Assembly: GCA_038060895.1 (NCBI GenBank) | Contig: JBBTCT010000012.1 | Span: 1-41,688 of the forward strand | DNA: 41,688 nt | Origin: Planctomycetota bacterium | Lineage (GTDB): Bacteria > Planctomycetota > MHYJ01 > WSZJ01 | Direction of reading: 5' to 3' | Shown here: one piece after another, positions 15,254 to 25,578 of the stretch | How the letters are laid out: each line of letters starts with the position of its first letter | Numbering within the stretch: the stretch's first letter is position 1 | Translations under genes and position numbers: made by a program | Notes under the pieces: model-generated | Seen by the model: only the letters and a program-made list of their open reading frames with translations | Database searches by the model: none | Told to the model about the DNA's origin: nothing

Positions 15254-16042
15254 TTACTTCTTTTTCCCGAACAGCTTGCGCACGGCCTTCTTCACCGCGC
15301 CATCGTGCTTGTCGTGGTAGCGCGCCCTGGCAGCGGCCTGCGCTGCTTCGCGCTTTCCTGCCCACGGGTCCGATTCCTTCGGGGCGATCCAGACGGCGGC
15401 GTCCTGGAGGAAGCGGAACTTCGCGCCTGCCTTGAGGAGGCGGGCGCCAAGGTCGCGGTCTTCGTAGCCGTATTCGCCTGGTTTGGCGAAGGACTCGTCG
15501 AAGAGCCCGGCGGCGTGGAGATGTTTTGTTTTCGCGGAAGCGTTGGCCGTGACGAAGGAACCGGCGCCGAGCTCGCCTTTCGCCGACTTGGCCGCCTCGC
15601 GCGCGCACTTGTCCCGCAGGATCGGGATGGGTGGAGCGAGGGAGAGAATCTTCTCGTCCTCGGAACGGTTGCCGACGGCGGCAAGGTTCGGGTCGGCATC
15701 GTGGGCCATCAGGTGCTGCTCGAGGAGATGCGGGTTGGGGACGCAGTCGTCGTCCATGAACACGATGATGCTTCCCTTTGCGGCGCGGATTGCCTTGTTG
15801 CGGGCGACAGAGACGCCGTTCACGTCACGGGGCAGGCCGGTGTTGAGAAGGGACCAGCGGCACTTCGGCGGCGCGGCGTCAAGGACGGCCGCCTGGATCG
15901 CGTATGACTCGGGGCCGGAGTCGTCGACGAAGATGGTTTCGAAGCGGGAGGCGGCGAGGGTCTGGGTGTCGAGAGCGCGGAGGATCCGCGCCAGGGTGAG
16001 GGGGCGGTTGAACAAGGGAATGATGAGGGAAAGGGATGGCAT
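15254..16042 (-). CDS. Glycosyltransferase family 2
   Basis: SLIIPLFNR, IFVDDS, ARNKAIRAAKG, IVFMDDDC, GLFDESF and YGYEDRDL. Start set at the ATG of MPSLS. Confidence 0.88.
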   Translation of the reverse strand: MPSLSLIIPLFNRPLTLARILRALDTQTLAASRFETIFVDDSGPESYAIQAAVLDAAPPKCRWSLLNTGLPRDVNGVSVARNKAIRAAKGSIIVFMDDDCVPNPHLLEQHLMAHDADPNLAAVGNRSEDEKILSLAPPIPILRDKCAREAAKSAKGELGAGSFVTANASAKTKHLHAAGLFDESFAKPGEYGYEDRDLGARLLKAGAKFRFLQDAAVWIAPKESDPWAGKREAAQAAARARYHDKHDGAVKKAVRKLFGKKK

Positions 16043-16070
16043 CGGGGTAAGGAAGGGCCTAATGATTAAC

Positions 16071-16138
16071 ATCGAATATCAAATATCTAATATCAAATGA
16101 AGGAGTCCTCATTCGATATTGGATATTCGATATTCGAT
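16071..16138. repeat. AT-rich heptamer-periodic palindrome, family C copy 1
   Basis: ATCGAAT ATCAAAT ATCTAAT ATCAAAT ... ATTCGAT ATTGGAT ATTCGAT ATTCGAT. Homologous to 39460-39562. Confidence 0.8.
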
Positions 16139-16181
16139 ACTAATAATTAGTCCTTTCCGCGCTCCACCGGTCTTTCCCCCG

Positions 16182-17303
16182 TCATTTCCTCACCGCCTTC
16201 GCCAGCTCCTCCGCCACCTTCTTCTGCTGCTCTCCGGTGATCTCCGCGTAGATGGGCAGGCTGAGCAGTTTCGGCGCCATTTCCTCCGAATTCGGGAAAT
16301 CTCCGTTCCGGTATCCATAATCCTTCATCGCTCCCTGCAGGTGGCAGGGAATCGGGTAGTGGATCCCCGCGCCGACGCCCGCAACCTGAAGATGCTTGAG
16401 CACCCGGTCCCGCTCTTCGACCCTCACGACGTACAGGTGCCAGCAGTGCTGCTCCACCGGGCACTCCGTCGGCAAAACGACTCCTTTGATGCCGCCGAGC
16501 AGTTCGCGGTACCGCCGGGCGGCAGCCTGCCTTCCCGCAACCCACTTGTCGAGATGGCGGAGCTTCACGCGGAGTACGGCGGCCTGCAGCGTGTCGAGTC
16601 GCGAATTCGTGCCGAAGCTGTCGTGGACGTACTTCACGACCGATCCGTAGTTGCGCAGCAGCTTCAGCTTCGCGGCGAGGTCGTCCCGGTTCGTCGTGAG
16701 CGCCCCTCCGTCCCCGGCGGCGCCGAGGTTTTTACCGGGATAGAATGACCACGCGGCGACGTCGCCGAACGAGCCGACCGACTTTCCCTTCCACTTCGCA
16801 CCGTGCCCCTGGGCCGCGTCTTCCACGACCGCCAGGTTGTGCTTTTTGGCGAGCGCTCCCACGCGGTCCATGTCGACCGCCTGCCCGTACAGGTGCACCG
16901 GGACGAGCGCCTTCGTCTTCGGCGTGATGGCCTTCTCCATCGCCGCCAGATCGACCTGCATGGTAGACGGGTCGGCGTCCACGAACGCGGGACGGGCGCC
17001 GCCGAGAAGCGCGCCCAGCGGAGTGGCGATGAACGTATTCGCCTGCATCACCACCTCGTCGCCCGCGCCTATCCCGAGCGCGCGGAACGCCAGCATCAGC
17101 GCGTCCGTCCCGCTCGCGCAGGAAACGCAGTGCTTCGTCCCCGACCACGCCGCGAATTCCTTCTCGAACTCCGCGACTTCCCCGCCGAGGATGTAATCCC
17201 CCCGCTCGAGCGCCTTCAGCGTCGCTTCCTTCAGCTCGTTTCCGATGGAAGCGAACTGGGCCTTCAGGTCGACCAGCGGGATTGAATTCACCGGTGAGCT
17301 CAC
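16182..17303 (-). CDS. DegT/DnrJ/EryC1/StrS PLP-dependent nucleotide-sugar aminotransferase (WbpE-like)
   Basis: [46 protein letters not shown] and [10 protein letters not shown]. The GTG start overlaps the upstream stop (GTGA). The 739-aa ORF in the track is over-extended. Confidence 0.92.
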   Translation of the reverse strand: MSSPVNSIPLVDLKAQFASIGNELKEATLKALERGDYILGGEVAEFEKEFAAWSGTKHCVSCASGTDALMLAFRALGIGAGDEVVMQANTFIATPLGALLGGARPAFVDADPSTMQVDLAAMEKAITPKTKALVPVHLYGQAVDMDRVGALAKKHNLAVVEDAAQGHGAKWKGKSVGSFGDVAAWSFYPGKNLGAAGDGGALTTNRDDLAAKLKLLRNYGSVVKYVHDSFGTNSRLDTLQAAVLRVKLRHLDKWVAGRQAAARRYRELLGGIKGVVLPTECPVEQHCWHLYVVRVEERDRVLKHLQVAGVGAGIHYPIPCHLQGAMKDYGYRNGDFPNSEEMAPKLLSLPIYAEITGEQQKKVAEELAKAVRK

Positions 17304-17908
17304 TTCTGGAGTCTCCTTCCCTGGGCGTCGTAGACGGCATTTCCCTTCTCGTCCTTCAACGCCTGGATCGGCCCGTGGTCCTTCGCGGGATTCCCGAACC
17401 AGAGGCGCGCGGGCGGCACATCCTTCGTCACCACGCTTCCCGCGCCGATTACGGCGTTTTCGCCGATTGTCACGCCGGGAAGAAGAGTTGCGTTGAGTCC
17501 GACGCGCGCGCCCTTTTTCACGGTCGGGCCCTTCAGCACCTTGTTCTGAACGGGATACGGGTCGTTCGCGAAGCTGACGCCCGGGGCGATAAAGGCGTCG
17601 TCCTCGATGGTCGAGTACTGGCAGATGTAGACGTTCGTGTGGATGCGCACGTGGCTTCCGATCCTGCACCCGTAATCGACCACCGAATTGCTCCAGATGC
17701 TGGTCTCGTCGCCGATCGTGTTCTCTTCGCGAATCACGACGTTGTGACCGGTCTGCAGCCCCTTGCCGATTCTCACGCCTTCGTAGACGACCGTGTTGCT
17801 GCGAAGAACCGCCCCGGGGCCGATCGAGACCGAGCGGTCGGCGATCTTGCGGCCCGTGGGATACCCGATGATGACCCCCGGTTCCGGCTTGTCGATGGCT
17901 TCTGTCAC
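17300..17908 (-). CDS. Hexapeptide-repeat (left-handed beta-helix) sugar N-acetyltransferase (WbpD-like)
   Basis: Hexapeptide repeats, [42 protein letters not shown] and GNPAK. GTG 17908 follows AAGGAG. Confidence 0.88.
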   Translation of the reverse strand: MTEAIDKPEPGVIIGYPTGRKIADRSVSIGPGAVLRSNTVVYEGVRIGKGLQTGHNVVIREENTIGDETSIWSNSVVDYGCRIGSHVRIHTNVYICQYSTIEDDAFIAPGVSFANDPYPVQNKVLKGPTVKKGARVGLNATLLPGVTIGENAVIGAGSVVTKDVPPARLWFGNPAKDHGPIQALKDEKGNAVYDAQGRRLQK

Positions 17909-17956
17909 GACTTCTCCTTTTGTGGTGCGCACGGTCCGTCCCGCATCCCCGCTCTC

Positions 17957-18703
17957 TCACGCTCTCGGCTTCATCGCCGTAATCGTCACTTCCCCGCACA
18001 AGCTCGGCGTGTGACGGCCGAACCAGCTGTGCAGCCGGTAGTACCACTCGTAGTCCTCCAGCCACGCGTACCAGAGCGAGAACACGCGGTGACCCCTCAC
18101 GCACTGCGGCTGCAGCCCGCTCTTCTCGACCCTGCGCCGGAGCCTCGTGGCGGACATGTGCTGCAGGTGCGGCGCCACGCTCATGCCCTGCAGCCGGCGC
18201 AGAAGCGCGTTGATCCGTGTCCAGATCGGGGAGAACAGGAGTTCGACAGGCATGAAGACCGGCGTCCCGACCAGCGCCGTGCCGCCGGGCTTGAGAACGC
18301 GGCGAATCTCCGAAAGCGCAAACTCGAACTGGCTGTCGTTGAGGTGTTCCAGCACCTGCTCGCACAGCACCGCATCCACCGTCCCGTCGCGAAACGGCCA
18401 CGGCCTCGTCAGATCCGCTGCGATCAGGTTTGGGTAGCCAACCTCCTTGGACTTTCCGATGCGCTTCCGGTCAATGTCCATCCCGATCATCCGCGGCGTC
18501 TTGGTCGGCACTCCCCAGCGATTCCAGTACCGCGGAAGCCGCCCCTTGCCGCAACCCGCGTCCACCACGATCGAGGGCCCGTCCGGGAGACGCTCGGCTA
18601 GCACCTCCGCGTGATAGCGGTAGCGCGCGAGACGGAGGCGGAAAAGGCGCGCGGCCGGCTCGACTTCGAACGCGAGCTTCTGGCCCGCGGTCCCGTTCGT
18701 CAT
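17957..18703 (-). CDS. Class I SAM-dependent methyltransferase
   Basis: VVDAGCGKG, DLTRPWPFRDGTVD, QVLEHL and EIRRVLKPGG. ATGA overlap with the upstream gene and an AGGAGG RBS. Confidence 0.88.
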   Translation of the reverse strand: MTNGTAGQKLAFEVEPAARLFRLRLARYRYHAEVLAERLPDGPSIVVDAGCGKGRLPRYWNRWGVPTKTPRMIGMDIDRKRIGKSKEVGYPNLIAADLTRPWPFRDGTVDAVLCEQVLEHLNDSQFEFALSEIRRVLKPGGTALVGTPVFMPVELLFSPIWTRINALLRRLQGMSVAPHLQHMSATRLRRRVEKSGLQPQCVRGHRVFSLWYAWLEDYEWYYRLHSWFGRHTPSLCGEVTITAMKPRA

Positions 18704-19812
18704 GCGGCCTCCTTTTGAACCGCGGCAATCCCCCGTGGAACGCAGATCCACGGGTCCATCTCCTTCACCCTCGCCAGAAACTCGTCGTACGCTTCCCAGG
18801 CGGCGCGATGGCCGGAGAAGTGCGTCTCAGGATGGGTGCACAGGACCGCGCAGCCGCCGACGTCGCGTATGAAGCGCGCCTTTTCGATCCATGCCTCGGC
18901 CCAGGTTCTCGGCTCGCGGCGGCGGAACACCAGGTCAGCGTCCATCGGAAGCGTCAGGGGCACTTCCAGCATGGCCCCGATGCGAAAGGGCTGGACGGAG
19001 GCGCAACCGCCGCCGGGGCCGGTGTCGGGAATCGAGGAGTCCCATGTAAAGCGTTCGGCGGCGACGCGGAGGAGGGTCGGCGTGCGGCAGAGCGACGGCG
19101 AGCGGAATCCGCGGACATCGAATTCCTCGAGGAACGGACGGGCGCCTTCCATGCGGCGGCGGATGCCGATTTCATCCTCGTACGCGATGCGATTGTCATG
19201 GAGGTCGCTGTGCCAGGCGATTTCTCCGCCCGCCGAGATGACGTCGCGCAGGAACGATTTCTCAACCGAATACGTCGAGGTCACGAACGAGTAGACCGCG
19301 GGGACGCCATGACGCGCTTCGATGTCGAGCAATCGCGGGGCGAATTGCATCCCGTCCGCTGTATCCACGTCGTGACTCAGGACCAGCGCGAATTTCTTTC
19401 CGCCCGGCCAGGCGCCGCCGCGTTCGCCGAGAATCCAGCGCAGCGCGTCGCCGGATGGATCCACCGGCCACTTTGGAAACACCGGTTTCTCCATCGCCGC
19501 CAGCGCCTGCCCGATCTTGATCCGCAGGACGCCGGGGATCTTGTGGTAATGGAACGGGAGGAAGCGCGTCACCGGCCTGGCCGGCTCACGGTAGGACTCG
19601 GTTCGCAACACCTCGAGGGCGGCCCGGGCGTCAAAACCACAGCGCAACTGGCCATCGACCTCCGCAACGACGATCGTCCTTGCTCCCGACTCCCGGCTCA
19701 CGGCAACCGGCCGTCCTTCAACGGCGCGGGCTTCTCCATGGACCGTCGCCACGCGCCCCGCCATCCACGCGGGGCCCTCTCCGTCCTCGAACCGCAGCTC
19801 AAAGCTCTTCAT
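18700..19812 (-). CDS. Polysaccharide deacetylase (CE4/NodB-like) family protein
   Basis: LSHDVD, EIAWHSDLH, GFRSPSL, WDSSIPD, EVPLTLPMD and LCTHP. ATGA overlap with the upstream GT2. Confidence 0.8.
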   Translation of the reverse strand: MKSFELRFEDGEGPAWMAGRVATVHGEARAVEGRPVAVSRESGARTIVVAEVDGQLRCGFDARAALEVLRTESYREPARPVTRFLPFHYHKIPGVLRIKIGQALAAMEKPVFPKWPVDPSGDALRWILGERGGAWPGGKKFALVLSHDVDTADGMQFAPRLLDIEARHGVPAVYSFVTSTYSVEKSFLRDVISAGGEIAWHSDLHDNRIAYEDEIGIRRRMEGARPFLEEFDVRGFRSPSLCRTPTLLRVAAERFTWDSSIPDTGPGGGCASVQPFRIGAMLEVPLTLPMDADLVFRRREPRTWAEAWIEKARFIRDVGGCAVLCTHPETHFSGHRAAWEAYDEFLARVKEMDPWICVPRGIAAVQKEAA

Positions 19813-20702
19813 GATTTCGGCCGCCTCGCCCGCCCGACCGTCCACCAGAGGTACACGAGCTCGAGAATCGTGATCACCACGTTGATGAACTTGTCTCCGG
19901 TGGAGACGCCCGTTCGCCGCGGATGGTAACCGACCTGCGTTTCCGCGAAACGGCAACCGTTGCGGGCGGCCTTGACGACGACCTCGGCATCGACGCCGAT
20001 CCCCCGGAATTCGAGGTCGAGGCCGGCAACGAGGCTCTTGCGGAACAGCTTCACCCAGTTGATGTCACGGAGCGTCACGCCGAACAGGATGCGCATGACG
20101 AAGCGGAACGCTTTCGTGTTCATCCGGCGCATCCAGGAGTCCTTCCTGCCGATGCGGTAGCCGACGACGATGTCGGCGGCCTTGGTGAACGGCAGGAAAT
20201 GGGCGAGATCCTCCGGGTAGAACTGGTGGTCCCCGGGGACGAGCGAGCACCACTCGTAATGCGAGTGCAGGAATCCGGACTTCTGCGCGCCGCCGAAACC
20301 GAGATTGAAGGGATGGTGAATCGTGCGGACCTCGCCCGGGTGCTTCTGTTCGAGCCGGTTGGCGATTTCCGGCGTCTTGTCGCGCGATCCGTCATTAATT
20401 ATCAGGACCTCGTGCTTTTCCGCGATCTGCGGCGCGACACGGAGGATCGCCTCGACCACGTCTTCCAGCGAGCCCTCTTCGTTGTAGGCCGTCACGATCA
20501 CGCTCAACCCCGAGAGCTTGCCGTGCGCGGCGGCATGATCGGCGGGCACCGGAAGCGGCGGCTGCCCGGGATGCGGCTGGCGGTGCGGCGCGTAATCGGC
20601 AGCCGGCGGACGGGAAGGGTGCTCCGCAGGCGCCGACGGCGGGGCCTCGGCGCTTTCCGCGCCCCCCCCTGCCCTGGTGCCACCCGTTGACTCCTCGGCC
20701 AT
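19809..20702 (-). CDS. GT2 glycosyltransferase, polyprenol-phosphate (DPM1/ArnC-like) type
   Basis: SVIVTAYNEE, INDGSRDKT, NLGFGGA, VVGYRIGRKD and VGYHPRRTG. Pro/Ala/His-rich N-terminal extension, so the start is uncertain. Confidence 0.85.
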   Translation of the reverse strand: MAEESTGGTRAGGGAESAEAPPSAPAEHPSRPPAADYAPHRQPHPGQPPLPVPADHAAAHGKLSGLSVIVTAYNEEGSLEDVVEAILRVAPQIAEKHEVLIINDGSRDKTPEIANRLEQKHPGEVRTIHHPFNLGFGGAQKSGFLHSHYEWCSLVPGDHQFYPEDLAHFLPFTKAADIVVGYRIGRKDSWMRRMNTKAFRFVMRILFGVTLRDINWVKLFRKSLVAGLDLEFRGIGVDAEVVVKAARNGCRFAETQVGYHPRRTGVSTGDKFINVVITILELVYLWWTVGRARRPKS

Positions 20703-20725
20703 CTCTTCGGCTCTCTCGCCTCCAC

Positions 20726-21748
20726 CTAACGCCACTTTTCGACCTGCGCCGGAGTACCCCCCGCCGCCATCGACCGGTCGATCGCCTCGAGCACCGCAAC
20801 GACGTCCGCCCCTTCAGCCCCTCCCGTCATCGGAGGCTTGTTGTCGCGGACGCAATCGCAGAAGTGCTCGACCTGGGTGCGAAGGGGTTCGCGCATTTCG
20901 ACCTTGGGAGACCGGATGTCGCCATCGCGCAGCTGGAGCTTGAATTCGCCGAACGAGTTCACGTCGCCGGAGATCTCGGCTCCCTTGTCGTAGACCCGCA
21001 CCGGCTCGAGGCCGTTGATGTCATCGAAGACGATGCGCTGCCGGTCGCCGATGACGACGACCTCGCGGACCTTGTTGGAGTCGATCCACGAAACCTGGAT
21101 GTTCCCGATCACGCCGTTGGGATAGGTGAGCGTCGCGAACGCGACGTCCTGCCGCCCCTGTCGCAGGAAGCACGCACCCACCGCGCTCACCGTCACCGGC
21201 TGCGCCCCGGCGAGGAAGGAGAAGATCTCGACGTCGTGCGGCGCCAGGTCCCAGACCGCCGAGACGTCCGGCCGGATCAGGCCCAGGTGGTTCCGTCGCG
21301 CTGACATGTAGTAAGTCTTCCCGAATTCCGGCCTCGCCACAAGGTCCTTCACCTTGCGCACGGCATCGTTGTACCGGAACGTATGCCCGACCATCAGCAC
21401 CCGCCCCCTCTCCTTCCCAAGCCGCTCGATCTTCACGGCATCCTTCAGCGTCGCCGCCAGCGGCTTCTCCAGCAGCACGTGCTTCCCCGCCGCCAGCGCC
21501 TTCTCCGCCAGCCCGGCGTGAGTCCCCGCCGGAGTCGCGATCACCACCGCGTCCACCCCGGAATTCGCGAATACCTGCTCCGGGCTCGTCGTCGCGTTCA
21601 CGAGCGGGAAGCGCTTTCGCAGTGCTTCGATTCCGGGCCGGTTCTCGTCGCAGATCTCGACCAGCCGGGCGGTGTCGCCGAGCTCGTGCAGCACGCGGAC
21701 GTAATTGCGGCCCCAGTGGCCGCAGCCGATGACGCCAAAGCGGATCAT
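20726..21748 (-). CDS. Gfo/Idh/MocA NAD-dependent oxidoreductase (WbpB/WlbA-like sugar dehydrogenase)
   Basis: GVIGCGHWG, DAVVIATP, GKHVLLEKP, MVGHTFRY and WDLAPHD. Confidence 0.9.
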   Translation of the reverse strand: MIRFGVIGCGHWGRNYVRVLHELGDTARLVEICDENRPGIEALRKRFPLVNATTSPEQVFANSGVDAVVIATPAGTHAGLAEKALAAGKHVLLEKPLAATLKDAVKIERLGKERGRVLMVGHTFRYNDAVRKVKDLVARPEFGKTYYMSARRNHLGLIRPDVSAVWDLAPHDVEIFSFLAGAQPVTVSAVGACFLRQGRQDVAFATLTYPNGVIGNIQVSWIDSNKVREVVVIGDRQRIVFDDINGLEPVRVYDKGAEISGDVNSFGEFKLQLRDGDIRSPKVEMREPLRTQVEHFCDCVRDNKPPMTGGAEGADVVAVLEAIDRSMAAGGTPAQVEKWR

Positions 21749-23421
21749 TTGGTCTCCGAGGAAATGAGGAGGATATGGCCCTGGTCGGAATCGACTTCGC
21801 GAAACGACGGGTACTCTTCAGGCAGGTCCTTGCGCTTCCGCTCCGCGAGGAGCAGGAACGTCCGGGGGTGGGCTTTGAGGAAAGCGGGCAGCTGGTCATT
21901 CTCGAGGAAGCGGCCCTTTTCGGGGGCGAGGTTTCGTCCGGAGAGGAAGTCGTGGGGGTTGCCGAGGTAGGTGACGGGGAGGCGCAGGCTCCACTCGACG
22001 TACCCGACGCGGTCTCCGTCGTTGAGGATGGCGTCGGCGGCACGGAGGGAGTCGGCGTTGCGTGCGAGGATCGACGCGGGGCTTCGGTTGTTGTGAAACG
22101 GGGCGAGCACGAAGACGCCGGGGATGGAGGCGAGGGCGAGGCCGGCGAGGGCGGACTGAAGGGCCGCGGGTGTGCGGTTCAGGGCCAGGAACCTCGCCGC
22201 GACTGCGAACCCGGCGGCGGCGACAACGGCGGCGATGGGCATCCAGAAGGTGCACAGGTCCTGCTTGTCGGCGATTACCGCGACCACTGCGGCGACCGGG
22301 GCCAGGGCCGCAAGCGTTCCCAGAGTCCAGGCGGCCGCCCGCCGCGGCCCGTCGGGCGCGCAAAGGCTTCTCGCGACAAGAAACGCCAGCGCCGGCATCA
22401 TCGGAAGGAAATAAGTGGCGAGTTTCGACGAGGAGATCGTGAAGAGCGCCATCGTCGTCGCGGACCAGAACAACGCCAGCAGCACCGCCGGGTCCGCCGC
22501 GCGCCCCTTCGCCCTCAATTCCTTCCAGGCGCCCACAAGCGCCGCAGGCAAGAGCAGCGTCCACGGGACGAACCCGCCGAGCGACCCGTAGAGCGCGTAA
22601 TACCACGGTTTCGGGTGATGGACCGAACTCGATCCGAGCGCCTGGATGTTTTCGCGCCAGAAGAAGAACTCGAAGTAGGACGGGACCTTTATGCAAAGGA
22701 TCACGGTCCATGGAAGCGCGAGCAGCGCCCAGACCAGCGGACCGAGCGCGGGCCGGAATACCTTCAGCGGGGGCCTCGGCCGGGCCAGCAACCAGCACGG
22801 CGCCGCGCCGAACACGAACAGCGCCGGCCCGACGGGGCCCTTGGAAAGAAACGCCAACGCCAGCGCCACCCACATCCCCATCGCCCCGCTCTTCCCGTTC
22901 CACGCCCGCCAGAACCCGACAAACGCTCCCAGGATCGCAACGGAGAGCAACATGTCCGTCACGAGGACGCGCGCGAGGACCAGGTAGAGCGCCGACCCCG
23001 CGAGCATCGCGGCGGTCGCCACCCCGGCGTCGCGCCCGCCCATTTCCCTCCCGAGAAGGAACGCCAGCCAGACGCCGAGCAGCGCCACGGCCGCGAAGAA
23101 GAACCGCGCGCCGAATTCATTCTTCCCGAAGATCGCCATGCCCGTCGCTTCCAGCCAGAACATCATCGGCGGCTTGTCGAGATACGGCACACCGGTGAGC
23201 GTCGGAACGATCCAGTCTCCGCTCTCCAGCATTTCGCGGCCGGACAGCGCGTACCGCCCCTCGTCGGTCGAATACAGCGGCCTCTCGCCAAGCTGCCAGA
23301 AAAAGAGCAGAGCCGCCGCAGCCAGCACGAACCACGGCGCCCGTCCTCGGCCTGCTGACGGTGCTTCCACGGTCCCGGCGGTTTCGGGCGGCGCCGCAAC
23401 GCCTGCGGTGAGCTCGTTCAT
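21745..23421 (-). CDS. ArnT-like GT-C lipid-carrier glycosyltransferase (PMT/GT83-like)
   Basis: DEGRYALSGREM, DWIVPTL, YLDKPP, EFGAR, LSKGPVG, HPKPWYY and SKLATYFLP. Many TM segments. Confidence 0.88.
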   Translation of the reverse strand: MNELTAGVAAPPETAGTVEAPSAGRGRAPWFVLAAAALLFFWQLGERPLYSTDEGRYALSGREMLESGDWIVPTLTGVPYLDKPPMMFWLEATGMAIFGKNEFGARFFFAAVALLGVWLAFLLGREMGGRDAGVATAAMLAGSALYLVLARVLVTDMLLSVAILGAFVGFWRAWNGKSGAMGMWVALALAFLSKGPVGPALFVFGAAPCWLLARPRPPLKVFRPALGPLVWALLALPWTVILCIKVPSYFEFFFWRENIQALGSSSVHHPKPWYYALYGSLGGFVPWTLLLPAALVGAWKELRAKGRAADPAVLLALFWSATTMALFTISSSKLATYFLPMMPALAFLVARSLCAPDGPRRAAAWTLGTLAALAPVAAVVAVIADKQDLCTFWMPIAAVVAAAGFAVAARFLALNRTPAALQSALAGLALASIPGVFVLAPFHNNRSPASILARNADSLRAADAILNDGDRVGYVEWSLRLPVTYLGNPHDFLSGRNLAPEKGRFLENDQLPAFLKAHPRTFLLLAERKRKDLPEEYPSFREVDSDQGHILLISSETK

Positions 23422-24800
23422 GCCCGCGGAACCTCCAGCCGGAAGCGCACTCCCATGCCGTCGCGCGGGTCGAGCGCGGCGAGCCGGCCCCGGTGAAGCA
23501 CCGCAATCTCGCGCGCCACCGCGAGGCCCAGCCCCGCGCCCTGTCCCGGCCGGTCCCCCGCGCTCGAGAAGCGCTGCATGATGCTCTCCCGATCCGCTGG
23601 GGGAATTTCTTTGCCGTCATTCTCGAACTCCAGCGCCACGATCCCGTCCACCACCTCCCATCCCACGCGCAGCCGGCCACCCTCCGGCGCGTACTTCGCC
23701 GCGTTGTCGAGCAGGTTCTGGATCGCCGTTCCCAAGAGCGAATCGCTTCCCATCGCGTCCGGCGCGCCGTCCAGCCGGGTCTCCACCTTCAGCCGCTTCA
23801 CCGTCACGTACGGCTCGATCCTCCGGAACCCCGCATCGACGAGCGGCTTCAACTCCACCGGCGCGAACGCCAGTTCGACGTGCTCCGCGTCCGCGCGGGC
23901 GAGGAACAGCAACTGATCGACGATTCGCGCCAGCCGGGCCGCCTCGTCCGCGATCACGGCGAACCGGGCGATGTCGGGATCGTCGGGCCGGTCGCGCAGC
24001 AGCAGTTCCGCTTCTCCCCGTATCACGGTCAGCGGGGTTTTGAGCTGGTGGGAAGCGCTTGCCGAGAAGTCGCGCACGCGCCGGAACGATTCCTCGAGGG
24101 CGGCGAAGGTCTGGTTGAGGACGGCGGCGAGCTGGTCGAGTTCGTCGCGGGTGCCGCGCAGCTTGATCCGTTCGCCCAGGCCGGAGGACTGGATGCGCAC
24201 GGCGGCCGCCGCGATGTCGTCGATCGGGGCCGTCGCCCGGCGCGCGACGACCAGGCCGCCGAGGAGGGCAATCAGGGCAAAGGGAATGACGGCCAGAAGG
24301 AGTTGCCCCAGGAATGTCTCACGCGCCTCGACCGCGACACGCTCCGAGAGGGCCGCCTGGAAGTAGCGCTTCCGGCCGTCCGCGAGTTCGTATTTGGCCG
24401 TGCGCATGCGCGCGTAGCGGCCCTTGATCGTCTCGGACGTCCAGGTGCGCCGGCTGGATTGGAGTTCGTCGCGCATGGCGTCCGTGAAAGGCATTTCGCG
24501 GGATGACAGCGCCGTGCTTCGAAAGAGCTCCCGGCCCTCGCCATCCCGAAACACGAACCAGATTCCCGCGCGGTCGTGCGCGCTTTCGTCGGCGGTCATT
24601 TCCTCGATCAGCTTCTCGTCGCTGACCGCCAGCAGCGTCTCGGCCTCGTGCACTTCCTCTTCCACGAACCGCTCGATCTGCCGGTCGAGGTTCCGCACCA
24701 TGCGGTAGTAGAAGTACCCCGCCAGCAGGCTCAGCGCGATCAGCGAGAGTCCCGCTGCCCAAGCTGCGATCCGCCATCGAATGGTCCGGAAGCGATTCAA
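23418..24800 (-). CDS. Sensor histidine kinase with two TM segments and a HAMP domain (CusS/heavy-metal-sensor-like)
   Basis: HAMP (DELDQLAAVLN), H-box ASHQLKTPL, N-box NLLDNAAKY and G2 box GAGLGLAV. TTG start overlaps the response-regulator stop. Confidence 0.92.
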   Translation of the reverse strand: MNRFRTIRWRIAAWAAGLSLIALSLLAGYFYYRMVRNLDRQIERFVEEEVHEAETLLAVSDEKLIEEMTADESAHDRAGIWFVFRDGEGRELFRSTALSSREMPFTDAMRDELQSSRRTWTSETIKGRYARMRTAKYELADGRKRYFQAALSERVAVEARETFLGQLLLAVIPFALIALLGGLVVARRATAPIDDIAAAAVRIQSSGLGERIKLRGTRDELDQLAAVLNQTFAALEESFRRVRDFSASASHQLKTPLTVIRGEAELLLRDRPDDPDIARFAVIADEAARLARIVDQLLFLARADAEHVELAFAPVELKPLVDAGFRRIEPYVTVKRLKVETRLDGAPDAMGSDSLLGTAIQNLLDNAAKYAPEGGRLRVGWEVVDGIVALEFENDGKEIPPADRESIMQRFSSAGDRPGQGAGLGLAVAREIAVLHRGRLAALDPRDGMGVRFRLEVPRA

Positions 24801-25471
24801 GGCGCCAGCATCATCCGGTAGCCGACCCCCCGGACGGTCTGGATGATCTCGCCCTCGCCGTTCCTGTTGACCTTGTCGCGGAGGTGCTTCACGTAGACGT
24901 CGATGACGTTGGTGCCGGAGTCGAAGTGATGGTCCCAGACGTGTTCGGAGATCATGGTGCGGGTGAGGACGCGGTCGGGGTTGCGCATGAAGTACTCGAG
25001 AAGGGCGAACTCTTTCGGGGTCAGATCGATCGCGGCGCCGCCGCGGGTGACGCGATGTTTCGCGGGATCCAGCGTGAGGTCTCCGATCGTGAGGACGACG
25101 GCCCCCTCGCCGCGACCGCGGCGCAGGAGGGCCCGGACGCGGGCGACGAGTTCGTCGAAGGAAAACGGCTTGGTGAGGTAATCGTCGGCCCCCGCGTCGA
25201 GGCCGTTCACGCGGTCCTGGACCCGGCCGCGGGCGCTCAGGAGGAGAACGGGCGTGTGCAGGTTCTTTTCGCGAATCGAACGGAGGACCTCGAGCCCGTC
25301 CTTCCCGGGGAGGACGATGTCCAGGACAACGAGGTCGTAAGGTTCCGTGATCGCCAGGTGCTCGGCCTCGACGCCGTCGGAAGCGGTATCGACGGTGTAG
25401 CTTTCAGATTTCAGGCCTCGGGCAATGAACGACGCGACTTTGGGTTCATCTTCGACGAGGAGGATGCGCAT
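24797..25471 (-). CDS. OmpR-family response regulator (CusR/CopR-like)
   Basis: MRILLVEDE, LDIVLPGKDG, GADDYLTKPF, LTPKEFALL, NVIDVYVKHLRDK and TVRGVGY. Confidence 0.95.
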   Translation of the reverse strand: MRILLVEDEPKVASFIARGLKSESYTVDTASDGVEAEHLAITEPYDLVVLDIVLPGKDGLEVLRSIREKNLHTPVLLLSARGRVQDRVNGLDAGADDYLTKPFSFDELVARVRALLRRGRGEGAVVLTIGDLTLDPAKHRVTRGGAAIDLTPKEFALLEYFMRNPDRVLTRTMISEHVWDHHFDSGTNVIDVYVKHLRDKVNRNGEGEIIQTVRGVGYRMMLAP

Positions 25472-25578
25472 GGGGCTGGGTTCTCCCGGGGCTGACCGGC
25501 GGGCGCGGAGATCGGCAGGGCGGGGCGGACGGAGCGGTTGTGGGGCCATGGGATTGTCCGAGACGGTACCGCCCGCAA

